Source: Myxococcota bacterium (lineage in GTDB: Bacteria; Myxococcota_A; UBA796; CAJQPC01). From it: a stretch of DNA of 64,000 bases. A program made the position numbers and the translations under genes. The DNA is taken from assembly GCA_036012755.1 (NCBI GenBank), contig DASCPX010000129.1:103010-167009 (forward strand), in the 5' to 3' direction. The notes under the pieces are model-generated. The model was not told the origin of the DNA. It searched no databases and saw only the letters and a list, made by a program, of their open reading frames with translations. The stretch's first letter is position 1; each line of letters begins with the position of its first letter. Of the stretch, positions 39,826-48,269 are shown piece after piece.

Positions 39826-39855
39826 AAGCTACCCGCTTGGTGAAGGGAGCGTCAA
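39826..39855 (-). promoter_or_regulatory. sigma-70-like promoter candidate for the PKD/GT-C operon
   Basis: On the minus strand: TTGACG-N18-TAGCTT. This would put the hairpin inside the 5' UTR. Confidence 0.2.
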
Positions 39856-39859
39856 CAAA

Positions 39860-40606
39860 GTGAAAGCGGTGCTCCTCGCCGCGTCTGCCGCGGGTGTGGG
39901 CGCACCAGCAGCGCCGCTTCATGGACCCTCCGTAGAGGCCGTCAGCAGCCTCCAGGTGTCAGCAGGGTATCGCGTCGGCGAGATGCCGCCATTTTCTGCC
40001 TCCGAGAGGGACATCGGGGCATTCGGATTGGGGGGGCGTTGGGCGCCTCACCCCTCCGTCGAGCTTCGGGCGGCCTGGGAAGGGCTGAGGGCGACCTGGC
40101 CGGCTGGCAACACGGCACTCGGCTCCGGCGATCTGCATCTCGGGACCCGGGCGCGTCCCTACGCCGGGGCCGGCGCGGTCCCGGGGGTCTGGCTCGACTG
40201 GGAGGTGAAGCTCCCCAACGCCCCAGAGGACACGGGGCTCGGCACCGACGAGACGGACGTGCTGGGGCTGCTCTACCTCGCCTGGAGCGGTGAGCGATGG
40301 CGCCTCCAGGCCGGCGGTGGACTGGCCATCCTGGGGAGCCCGGTGCAGCACGCGGCTCAGGACGACGCAGCGCTCGTCCACGCCCGCGGCGCCCTGATGC
40401 TCGGTCCCACCTGGCTGTCCGCCGGCCTCGACGGTCGCCTCGCTTCCCCCCGCAACCCCCTGGACCTGAGCCTCGATGTCGGAGCCAGCTGGACTCGCGG
40501 GCGCCTGCAGCTCGGTGTGGAGGGCCTCGCTGGGCTGAGCCCGGCGGCACCGGACTACGGGGGCCGGCTGGTGGTGGGCCTTGTCCCACTGCCCGAGGGG
40601 TCTTAG
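39860..40606 (+). CDS. secreted hypothetical protein, possibly beta-barrel, 248 aa
   Basis: GTG 39860. Signal-like KAVLLAASAAGVGAPAAP. Alternating G/A/L-rich strands. No family recognised. Confidence 0.4.
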   Translation: MKAVLLAASAAGVGAPAAPLHGPSVEAVSSLQVSAGYRVGEMPPFSASERDIGAFGLGGRWAPHPSVELRAAWEGLRATWPAGNTALGSGDLHLGTRARPYAGAGAVPGVWLDWEVKLPNAPEDTGLGTDETDVLGLLYLAWSGERWRLQAGGGLAILGSPVQHAAQDDAALVHARGALMLGPTWLSAGLDGRLASPRNPLDLSLDVGASWTRGRLQLGVEGLAGLSPAAPDYGGRLVVGLVPLPEGS

Positions 40607-40615
40607 GACGGCGGC

Positions 40616-41344
40616 ATGCTGCCGATGATCCTCCAGACGATGTTCGCCGGCCGTGACGGCAAGGTGCGCATCTACGCCAAGAAGATCCGCAACAAGGACA
40701 CGCCGGTCGAAGAGCGCCAGAACATGGCCTACTGGCTGGCAGAGGACGGCAAGCCGGACGCGATCCTGGCCATGCTCGGTCGCTTCGAGATGACCTACGA
40801 GCACGGCATGAAGGACGTGGACGAGAAGGAGATCGTCGAGAACCTCGTCCTCGAGCTCGGCGAAGACGCCGTGGAGCCGCTGGCGACCTTCTTGCGACGC
40901 TGCCACATGTTCGCTCGGCCCATGGGGCTGTACGAGCGCCTCGCCGGTCCCGAGCGGGCCAGGGCGCTGATCCTGGAGCTCCTCCAGGTCGAGTACGAGA
41001 AGAGCGAGCTCAAGCCCAAGAAGAAGAAGGACCTGTTGATCCGCCTCGCGGACTTCAAGGGCGAGGACGTCATCGCGTCCGCCGTGCGCTTCCTGGACGA
41101 CTTCGACGAGGGCTGTCGCTACGGCGCGGTCGAGGTGCTCCTTGCGCAGGAAGAGGTCCCGGAGATCCGGGATCCGCTGATCGCGATGCTGGCCGATCCC
41201 GACGAGGAGTCGGGGCGGCTGCAGCACCGGATCGCAGAGGGCGCCGCGGCGCGCGCGTGGGATCTCGGGGAGCACGCCAAGGCGATCGGCGATCGTCCGC
41301 CGACGAACTTCAAGGTGGTCGGCAGGAAGCTCGTCTCCGGCTGA
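40616..41344 (+). CDS. HEAT/ARM-like helical repeat protein, 242 aa
   Basis: Clean ORF with helical repeat character (AVEPLATFLR..., ASAVRFLDDFDEGCRYGAVEVLL..., IRDPLIAMLADPDEE). Confidence 0.55.
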   Translation: MLPMILQTMFAGRDGKVRIYAKKIRNKDTPVEERQNMAYWLAEDGKPDAILAMLGRFEMTYEHGMKDVDEKEIVENLVLELGEDAVEPLATFLRRCHMFARPMGLYERLAGPERARALILELLQVEYEKSELKPKKKKDLLIRLADFKGEDVIASAVRFLDDFDEGCRYGAVEVLLAQEEVPEIRDPLIAMLADPDEESGRLQHRIAEGAAARAWDLGEHAKAIGDRPPTNFKVVGRKLVSG

Positions 41345-41353
41345 TGGGCTGAC

Positions 41354-42055
41354 TCACTCGGCGTCTTCTTCGCCCGCTGCCTCCTCCAACCGGAGGCTCA
41401 GGTGGGCGAGCTTGCCCAGCATCCTGTCGGCCGTGCGCTGGAGCTCCCGAGTCCGCTCGGGCCCCAGCCGGTCCAGCTGCTCGTCCTCGAGGTCCGCGAA
41501 GCCCCCCTCGGCGAGCATCCGCTCCATCTTGTCCAGCGAGCGCGCGAAGCGCGGCTTGGGGCGCCGACCTCTTCGGGGGCCGGACGTCTTCCTGTGGGCG
41601 GCGACCGCTGCGAGCAGCTCGCGCGTCGTCCAGCTTCCGCCCCGTGCCCGAGCCAGGAGGTCCTCCTGCACCGGCCCGGGTAGCCCGAGCACCGCGAAGC
41701 CATGGCTTGCCGTCAGCTGTTCCAGCGCTGAGACGCCGAGCCGGTCCTCCAGCTCCACCAGGCCGCACGCGCGAAACAGGGTCGAGGGGCTCACGCCCCC
41801 CTCGCCGTGGCGCGACAGCGCCCGCCCCAACGCCCGAAACGAAGGGTCGTTCTGCCCGCGGGTCCTCCAGGCCCCGACGTCGCCGTCGTAGAGCTCGCGG
41901 ATCACCAGGGTGCCGATCTCCAGCGCCGTGTTCCTGACCATGCTGCGGGCCAGCTCCACCACCGCCGCCGCCGTGCGATCGATTCGCTCCGGAGGCAGCG
42001 CCGAGAGCACCTCGGTCCCCGGCGTCAGCGGGCTCTGGTCGTCGGCCTTCGACAT
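41354..42055 (-). CDS. hypothetical protein with ParB/KorB-like HTH region and basic tail, 233 aa
   Basis: Last gene of the GT4/TMTC/rSAM operon. The segment LTASHGFAVLGLPGPVQEDLLARARGGSWTTRELLAAV resembles ParB-type HTH. Weak call. Confidence 0.5.
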   Translation of the reverse strand: MSKADDQSPLTPGTEVLSALPPERIDRTAAAVVELARSMVRNTALEIGTLVIRELYDGDVGAWRTRGQNDPSFRALGRALSRHGEGGVSPSTLFRACGLVELEDRLGVSALEQLTASHGFAVLGLPGPVQEDLLARARGGSWTTRELLAAVAAHRKTSGPRRGRRPKPRFARSLDKMERMLAEGGFADLEDEQLDRLGPERTRELQRTADRMLGKLAHLSLRLEEAAGEEDAE

Positions 42056-42088
42056 GGGTGAACTCCGCCCTCGGAGCCTATCAGGCGC

Positions 42089-43456
42089 TCAACGCTCCAG
42101 CTGGTACGGGCCCCCCCCCAGGTTCCATCGCGCCATGGCCATCCCCAGTCGGGCAGCCTCCCGCAGCGCCCCGCTGGCCACCGCGTCGCGCGCGAGCCGC
42201 GCCATGGGCTCGGGCCGCAGGTAGAAGCTGCGCCACGCGTAGCGCATCAGCGAGGACAGCTCAGCAGGCGGGAGATCCGTCACGGTCTTGCGGTGGACGT
42301 CCCCGTCGACCGGGTTTCGCACATCGGCACCGGAGAGGTGGCCGTAGTCCTCGAACAACGGTGTGCCGGGAAAGGCGACCAGCGAGGAGAACTGGACGTA
42401 GTCGGCGCCGATCTCCCGCGCGAAGCGGATCGTGCGCCGCACGTCCTCGCGCCCTTCGCCCGGAGCACCGAGGATGATGTAGGCCAGCGGCCGGATCCCG
42501 GCGGCCCGTGTGGCCGAGAAGGCAGCCCGCACGGCCTCGATGGAGACGTCCTTTCGCAGCAGCTCCAGGGTCTCGGCGTTCCCGGACTCGACCCCGTAGG
42601 CGACCACCCGGCAGCCCGCCCGCCGCATGAGCCGGAGCGTCTCGGCGTCCACGCCGTCCACGCGCCCCTCGCACTTCCACTCGAGGTCCAGTCCGCGGCG
42701 CAGGATGTCCTCGCAGATCTCCCGCACCCGTCGGCCATGGAGGGTGAAGTTGTCGTCGTAGAAGTTGACGAAGCCGACGCCCGAGCGAGCCAGGTCCTCC
42801 ATCTCGTCGACGACGTCCGTTGCGCTGCGGGCCCGCCAGCGGCTGCCCGAGACGCTCTTGTCGCAGAAGCTGCAGCGGAAGGGACAGCCTCGCGAGGTGA
42901 TCATCGTGGCGAAGCCCGGTCGCGTCGCCATGAGGTAGCGGTAGCCCCCTTGCGGCAGCAGATCCCTGGCTGGACGAGCGATGTCCTCCACCGCGCGCAC
43001 AGGCTCGTGCTCTTCGAAGAGCACGTCCCGCGTCATCACGCCGGGGGGTGGTGGACCGCCGCTGGCCAGCCAGTCCAGGTAGGGGACCACGACCTCTTCG
43101 CCCTCGCCGATGACGAGGTGGTCGATGTCGGGGCATTCCTCGAAGACCTGCTCGCGGACAGCGGTGGCGTGTGGTCCACCGAGCACGATGGTCTCTACGA
43201 ATGGCCGCGCCAGCGAGGCGGCGCGGTAGGCGACGTCCGAGACCGGCGTCATCGCACCGAGCCCGAGCACGCGCGGCCGGCGCCGACGGATCTCCGCTTC
43301 GAACTCCGCCCAGCTCGAGCCCTGCGCGTAGGCATCGAGGATCTGGACCGCCCTCCCACACCGGATGAGCTCGGCGGCCAGGTAGGCGAGTCCCAGCGGC
43401 GGGACCGCGAGGCCCGCGTCGCGGGCGTTCCGGCGCGGAGGGCGAACCAGGAGCAC
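42089..43456 (-). CDS. B12-binding-domain radical SAM enzyme (class B), 455 aa
   Basis: N-terminal cobalamin-binding-like Rossmann region (PPLGLAYLAAEL...VLGLGAMT...VLGGPHAT). Radical SAM cluster motif SRGCPFRCSFCDKS (CxxxCxxC). Confidence 0.9.
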   Translation of the reverse strand: MLLVRPPRRNARDAGLAVPPLGLAYLAAELIRCGRAVQILDAYAQGSSWAEFEAEIRRRRPRVLGLGAMTPVSDVAYRAASLARPFVETIVLGGPHATAVREQVFEECPDIDHLVIGEGEEVVVPYLDWLASGGPPPPGVMTRDVLFEEHEPVRAVEDIARPARDLLPQGGYRYLMATRPGFATMITSRGCPFRCSFCDKSVSGSRWRARSATDVVDEMEDLARSGVGFVNFYDDNFTLHGRRVREICEDILRRGLDLEWKCEGRVDGVDAETLRLMRRAGCRVVAYGVESGNAETLELLRKDVSIEAVRAAFSATRAAGIRPLAYIILGAPGEGREDVRRTIRFAREIGADYVQFSSLVAFPGTPLFEDYGHLSGADVRNPVDGDVHRKTVTDLPPAELSSLMRYAWRSFYLRPEPMARLARDAVASGALREAARLGMAMARWNLGGGPYQLER

Positions 43457-43474
43457 GGTCCCGAGGATACCCGC

Positions 43475-45124
43475 CTACCAGGTCAACTCCGTCAGCCGTT
43501 CTCGTGCGCGTGGCGCGTAGACGTCGTCCCCGCAGCGGTCGAGGAAGGCGTTGTAGCGACCGACCGCGGCGGTCTTGTTGTCCAGGTTGTCCGCGTAGAG
43601 GTCCCCGAGCAGCCGGTTCGCCAGGCAGTTTCGGGGGCAGTACTGCAGGGTCGTCAAGAGCTCCATCTCTGCGGCCTTGTACTCCCCGTTGCGTCCGTAC
43701 AGGAGCCCGAGGTTGTTGTGGCCCTTGCAGTAGGACGGTGACTCCCTCAGGGCGGAGAGGAAGGCCTCTTCGGCCTCGTCGCGGTTGCCGAGGATCGCCT
43801 CCTCCCGGCCGAGGTTGTTCCACGCGTCGAGGTAGCCCGGATCGGCCTCGACGGCGCGCCGGTAGGCTGCGCGTGCGAGCCCGAACTCCTGGTCGAGGTG
43901 CAGCGCTTCGCCGTAGCCGTACCAAGCCTCTGCCGAGTCCGGGTTGCGCTCCGTCGCCTGGGCCCAGAGCGTCGGTTCGGTGTGCCAGACGCGGTTCTGG
44001 AAGAAGGTGAGCGCCATGAGCGAGAGCGCCAGGAAGACCGCTGCGACGTGCCCTTGCCGCCCGAGGCGATCGAGCCCCAGCGCCGCGGCTGTGGTGAAGC
44101 CCAGCAGGCTGAGGTGCACGCGGTGCTCCGCCATCGTCTCTTTCAGCGCGACGAAGGACGACGAGGGCAGCAGCAAGAGCGCGAACCAGAGCCAGCAGAA
44201 GGCCAGCATCGGGTGCTTCTTCGCCTTCCAGATCGCCACCGCCGTCCCGCCGAGGACCCCCGCCATCGCCGCGACAGAGCGCAGCGTCGGCCCGGTCTCC
44301 GGGTGGTCGTGGAAGACGCTCTGTCCCCAGGGAAGGACGCTGAGCTGCACGTAGCGGATCCAGACCTCGAACTGGGTGAAGACCTGGACGTCCAGCGGCC
44401 TCTGGGGTGGCAGTGGCGAGGTCACGGTGCCGTACATCGAGTAGCGCCACGCGAAGAAGCCGAGCACGCCGACGAGACCGGGGAGGTGGTCCCGCCAGCG
44501 CAGGGCGCGCCAGTTCATCGAGCGCAGCGCCACCACGTCGATGAGCAGGAAGGCCACAGGCATCGTGACCGCGACCTCCTTCGTGAAGGCCCCCGCCAGT
44601 ACGGAGAGCCACGCCCCGGCGAAGTGCTGCCAGCCACCCACCTGGCGCCAGCGCACGAAGCTCCAGCAGCCGAGCAGGTAGAACAGCGCGCAGAGCTGCT
44701 CGCTGCGGCCCGTGACGTAGCTGACGGACTCGGTGTTGAGCGGGTGGGCTGCCCAGAGTCCAGCGGCGATCGCGCCCACGACCAGGGGGCGGGCGTGGCC
44801 CCGGAGCTCGGCGATCGCGGAGATCAGCAGGAAGGCGAGGCCCACCTCCAGCCCGAAGATGACCGCGTCGACGAGGTGGTAGAGGAAGGGCTCCTGCTCG
44901 GCGAAGTGGTAGTTGAGCGCGTAGCTCGCGATGGTGATGGGCCGGCTCAGGTTGTAGCCGAGCATCATCTTCCAGTGCTCGAGCATCCGGATGGTCCGGT
45001 TGCCGATGACCTCGACCTTGTCGTCGTAGGTGAAGGCGCCCTCGAGGGAGTTGAAGTACGCCAGCGCTACGACTGCCAGCAGGGCCGCCCAGGTGATCCA
45101 GCGCTGGGCCTCTCGGCTGTTCAT
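43475..45124 (-). CDS. TMTC-like membrane protein: GT-C/DUF1736-type N-terminal domain plus C-terminal TPR repeats
   Basis: N-terminus AYFNSLEGAFTYDDKVEVIGN...SRPITIASYALNYHF...LYHLVDAVIFGL matches the conserved start of bacterial/eukaryotic TMTC-type O-mannosyltransferases. About 10 TM helices, then 4-5 TPR units. ATGA overlap with the GT4 gene. Confidence 0.8.
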   Translation of the reverse strand: MNSREAQRWITWAALLAVVALAYFNSLEGAFTYDDKVEVIGNRTIRMLEHWKMMLGYNLSRPITIASYALNYHFAEQEPFLYHLVDAVIFGLEVGLAFLLISAIAELRGHARPLVVGAIAAGLWAAHPLNTESVSYVTGRSEQLCALFYLLGCWSFVRWRQVGGWQHFAGAWLSVLAGAFTKEVAVTMPVAFLLIDVVALRSMNWRALRWRDHLPGLVGVLGFFAWRYSMYGTVTSPLPPQRPLDVQVFTQFEVWIRYVQLSVLPWGQSVFHDHPETGPTLRSVAAMAGVLGGTAVAIWKAKKHPMLAFCWLWFALLLLPSSSFVALKETMAEHRVHLSLLGFTTAAALGLDRLGRQGHVAAVFLALSLMALTFFQNRVWHTEPTLWAQATERNPDSAEAWYGYGEALHLDQEFGLARAAYRRAVEADPGYLDAWNNLGREEAILGNRDEAEEAFLSALRESPSYCKGHNNLGLLYGRNGEYKAAEMELLTTLQYCPRNCLANRLLGDLYADNLDNKTAAVGRYNAFLDRCGDDVYAPRARERLTELTW

Positions 45125-46296
45125 CGAGCGGAGCTCACGACCTCATCGTAGAGCGCCGCGTGCTGGCGGGCGACCGTCGCGAAGGACAGGCGTTCGGTGA
45201 CGTAGTCGCGACCGCGCGTTGCCATCGCGTTCGCCGCCGCTGTGTCGTCGAGCAAGGTGCGGATGCGCTCGCGGAGACCCTCGACGTCCGCGTGGCGCAC
45301 GAGCAGGCCGGCCCCGGCCTGGGAGATGAGCTCACCGCAGCCACAGTCGCCGCCGACCACCACGGGGGTGCCGCACATGAGGCCCTCGAAGGGCACCAGC
45401 CCGAAGACCTCGTCCGTCGAGGGGTAGACGAGCACGTCTGCGTCCACGAGCAGCGCGAGGCGCTCGGGCCCCTCCAGCAGGCCGGTGAAGACGACGCTGC
45501 TGGAGGCTCGCTCCCGGGCGGTGTTCATGCCCCCCATGTCGTTCCCGCCGACCACCAGGGTGGCGTCCGAGATGCCGGTCTGGAATGCCTCCACGAGGTG
45601 CTCGACCCCTTTCCTCGGGCTGACCTGGCCGAGGTAGGCGACGATGCGGCCCTCGACCCCCCAGCGCTCTCTGAAGAGCCCTTTCTCGGGCAGATCCTCG
45701 AACTCGTCGAGCATCAGCCCGTTGGGGATGGTGGCGATCCTCTCGGGGCGGAAACCGTCCTGCACGAAGCGCCCTGCTTCGCTCCTGCTGACGGCGATGA
45801 GCTTGCGAGCGCCGCCGGGCAGGCGTCCCGAGAAGAGCAGGTCCCAGACCAGCTTGGCGCCGACCTTGCGCTCGTGTCGACGCAGGGTCCCGTTGGGTGT
45901 CATGACGTAGGGGATGCTCCGCCGCCCGGCGAAAGCCACCGCCGCGTTGTTGAGCAGGTGGCGGTGGCCGTGCAGGTGGACGAGATCCACGTCGTCGAGG
46001 ATGTCCAGGGGCACGTCTCGCGGGACGAAGAGCTGGTGCTGGTAGGCCAGCGTGTTGCTCCAGTTCATCGACGTCAGGACGCGCACGCCGTCGTGGACGC
46101 GATCTCGCGGTACGCGGGCTCGGGCGGCGTCGCAGGCGTCGGTGGTCCAGACGCTGCACTCGACTCCCTGCTCGGAGAGCGCGCGGGTCAGACCGTGCAC
46201 GATTCGGGGGATCCCGCCATAGGCCCAGGTCGGCGGGAAGTAGGGGCTCACGTGGAGCACGTGCATCGGAGACGTCCTATCACAGGGGCTTTGCAC
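45121..46296 (-). CDS. GT4-family (GT-B) glycosyltransferase
   Basis: MHVLHVSPYFPPTWAYGGIPRIV N-terminus. C-terminal EX7E-type region PSTDEVFGLVPFEGLMCGTPVV. The start may be ATG 46266. Confidence 0.85.
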   Translation of the reverse strand: MQSPCDRTSPMHVLHVSPYFPPTWAYGGIPRIVHGLTRALSEQGVECSVWTTDACDAARARVPRDRVHDGVRVLTSMNWSNTLAYQHQLFVPRDVPLDILDDVDLVHLHGHRHLLNNAAVAFAGRRSIPYVMTPNGTLRRHERKVGAKLVWDLLFSGRLPGGARKLIAVSRSEAGRFVQDGFRPERIATIPNGLMLDEFEDLPEKGLFRERWGVEGRIVAYLGQVSPRKGVEHLVEAFQTGISDATLVVGGNDMGGMNTARERASSSVVFTGLLEGPERLALLVDADVLVYPSTDEVFGLVPFEGLMCGTPVVVGGDCGCGELISQAGAGLLVRHADVEGLRERIRTLLDDTAAANAMATRGRDYVTERLSFATVARQHAALYDEVVSSAR

Positions 46297-46304
46297 CGGG
46301 TGCG

Positions 46305-46334
46305 TTGACGCTCACCCTCGGGCAGCCATACGCT
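46305..46334 (+). promoter_or_regulatory. sigma-70-like promoter candidate for the Cys-rich lipoprotein genes
   Basis: TTGACG-N18-TACGCT, followed by SD AAGGAGA and ATG 46359. It shares TTGACGCTC with the PKD-operon candidate. Confidence 0.25.
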
Positions 46335-46358
46335 GCTGCCGGTTCCAAGGAGAGGCCC

Positions 46359-46706
46359 ATGCTCGTCCTGCTCATGTCGCTGACTGGTTGCGGTCCGAAC
46401 TGCCAGTCGACCTGCCAGCGTCTCTACGGTGACGGAGTTCAGACCGTCAACGGCGAGCAACAAGAGGACTGCGGGATCGAACGCGCGGGTCGGAAGAGCA
46501 ACGACCTCGTCGACACCTGCATGGAAGAGTGCGACGACGCGCTGGACACACCCGGCGAGATGGGCCCCTACGATCCGTACACGCGGACCGGCTCCAACGA
46601 GTCAGTCGACCTCGACAACGAGCGCCAGGCGGCCATCTGGATGCAGTGCGTCGCCGAGACCAGCTGCGACCGCCTCACGGAGGGCTACTGCGCGCCGGTC
46701 TGGTAG
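46359..46706 (+). CDS. small Cys-rich lipoprotein, 115 aa
   Basis: Strong SD AAGGAGA 5 nt upstream. Leader MLVLLMSLTGC. 9 further Cys with CxxxCxxxCxRL spacing. Confidence 0.6.
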   Translation: MLVLLMSLTGCGPNCQSTCQRLYGDGVQTVNGEQQEDCGIERAGRKSNDLVDTCMEECDDALDTPGEMGPYDPYTRTGSNESVDLDNERQAAIWMQCVAETSCDRLTEGYCAPVW

Positions 46707-46723
46707 GGGTTAGTCGAGCCCCG

Positions 46724-46990
46724 ATGTTCTTCCTCAGCTTGCTGTGGGGCTGCAACGCCACCTGCTCCCAGGCCTGCAAGCGCCTGCTGGAGTGCGACGC
46801 CGTGGACACCACCGGCGTCGAGCGCGACCTCTGCGAGGAGACCTGCCGCGTGCAGGAGCAGACCTACGAAGACTGGGAGGACGAGGACCTCCAGGAGCGC
46901 TTCGACGAGGCCCGCAACTGCATCCGCGATTCGACCTGCGCGGACATCGCGGACGGTGTCTGCTACGACGAAGAGCTGTTTCCCTACTGA
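46724..46990 (+). CDS. small Cys-rich lipoprotein, 88 aa (paralog of the upstream gene)
   Basis: Leader MFFLSLLWGC. Same opening motif CNATCSQACKRLL versus CGPNCQSTCQRLY, and the same closing C..S.C......G.C pattern. Confidence 0.6.
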   Translation: MFFLSLLWGCNATCSQACKRLLECDAVDTTGVERDLCEETCRVQEQTYEDWEDEDLQERFDEARNCIRDSTCADIADGVCYDEELFPY

Positions 46991-46994
46991 AGAC

Positions 46995-47966
46995 GTGAGA
47001 CTGCTCTTCCTCCACACCGGCGGCACCCTCGGCATGAAGGGGGAGCCCGGCCCGCTGGAACCAGAGGACTACGAGGAGACCGTCCTTCCCTTCGTCCGGG
47101 GCCTCGAGGAGCTCGGCGAGATCGAGCACCGGTTCCTCTGCAACATCGACAGCTCCGACATGGATCCGACCCGCTGGCAGGACATCGCTCGGACGGTCGC
47201 AGAGAACATCGACACCTACTGTGGCTTCGTCGTGCTCCACGGCACGGACACGATGGCTTACAGCGCGGCAGCCTGCGCCCTGTTGCTGGAGAACCTCCCC
47301 AAGCCGGTGGTCTTCACCGGAGCCCAGCGGCCGATCCACCAGCTGCGCAGCGACGGACGCCAGAACCTCATCCACGCGACCATCTGCGCCACCCGCGACG
47401 TTCCAGAGGTCGCCGTCTACTTCGACGGCAAGCTCCTGCGCGCCTCGCGGACCACGAAGTACTCGGTCCAGAGCTACTCGGCCTACCGCTCCCCGGGCAC
47501 CCCTCCGCTGATGACGATGGGCGCTGACATCCTGCAGCCGCTGGTGCCCAGGCGCCCACGCGGGCCCTTTCGCCTGCGGTCCGGCTTCGAGCGTCACGTC
47601 GCGGTCCTGACGCTCTTTCCGGGCATCGAGTCGCGGGTGCTCGACGCGGTCGTCGACGGCGGAGCGCGTGGGGTCATCCTGCGCTCGTTCGGCGCGGGCA
47701 ACGTTCCCTTGATGGGGTGGCCAGAGGCCGTCGCCCGAGCCCGGGCCGCCGGGGCGGTGGTCATCGTCGCCACCCAGTGCGTGGAGGGAAGGGTGGAGCT
47801 CGGTCGCTACGCTGGCTCGGCGGCCGTGCTCGACGCGGGTGCCCTGAGCGCAGCCGACATGACGCTCGAGGGTGCCCTCACGAAGACCATGTTCCTCCTG
47901 GCCCAGGACGAGGCCTTCGAGGAGTCCTGGCCCCACGATCTGGCAGGCGAGGTCTCACCGCACTGA
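46995..47966 (+). CDS. ansA: type I L-asparaginase
   Basis: LLFLHTGGTLGM (TGGT active-site motif) and HGTDTMAYSAAA. GTG 46995 follows the upstream stop. Track start 46956 would overlap by 35 nt. Confidence 0.85.
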   Translation: MRLLFLHTGGTLGMKGEPGPLEPEDYEETVLPFVRGLEELGEIEHRFLCNIDSSDMDPTRWQDIARTVAENIDTYCGFVVLHGTDTMAYSAAACALLLENLPKPVVFTGAQRPIHQLRSDGRQNLIHATICATRDVPEVAVYFDGKLLRASRTTKYSVQSYSAYRSPGTPPLMTMGADILQPLVPRRPRGPFRLRSGFERHVAVLTLFPGIESRVLDAVVDGGARGVILRSFGAGNVPLMGWPEAVARARAAGAVVIVATQCVEGRVELGRYAGSAAVLDAGALSAADMTLEGALTKTMFLLAQDEAFEESWPHDLAGEVSPH

Positions 47967-48269
47967 GGCGAGGAAGCTCCGGTGGGCGTCCGTCGTCTCC
48001 GCGTGGGGGCTGCCTGTCGTGCTCCCGCGGAGCCCCGGAACCCCAGTGCTGTCGAGCTCCGCTCCGGCGTGGCAGTGGGCGCAGCCGTCGTGGAGGAAGG
48101 CCTCCAGTCCAGCGAGCTCCCCGGCGCTCAGGCTGTCCTCGCCAGCGAGCCAGCGGTCGAAGCGGGTGTCTCCGGCCGGGGCGAAGACCTTCGTCGCCCG
48201 CTCGCGCAGGTCCGGCTCGCGGTGGGTCTCCTCGACGTCTCCGGAGCAGGCGATCAGCAAGATCAGCAA
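47955..48269 (-). CDS. small mono-haem c-type cytochrome lipoprotein resembling a fragment of di-haem cytochrome c peroxidase/MauG
   Basis: Leader MLILLIAC. Haem site GCAHCHAG (CxxCH) is preceded by LSAGELAGLEAF, like the second haem domain of CCP. Only 104 aa. Overlaps thiE by 7 nt and convergent ansA by 12 nt. Confidence 0.5.
   Translation of the reverse strand: MLILLIACSGDVEETHREPDLRERATKVFAPAGDTRFDRWLAGEDSLSAGELAGLEAFLHDGCAHCHAGAELDSTGVPGLRGSTTGSPHAETTDAHRSFLASVR

Noticed and set aside
42261-44612. 783-aa ORF overlapping the radical SAM and TMTC-like genes. Similar cases are 43898..45151 plus, 32440..34065 minus, 32505..34379 plus and 35066..36970 plus.
   Set aside because: Off-frame artefacts (RGRP-type composition). 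The genuine frames are identified by motifs and TM patterns.
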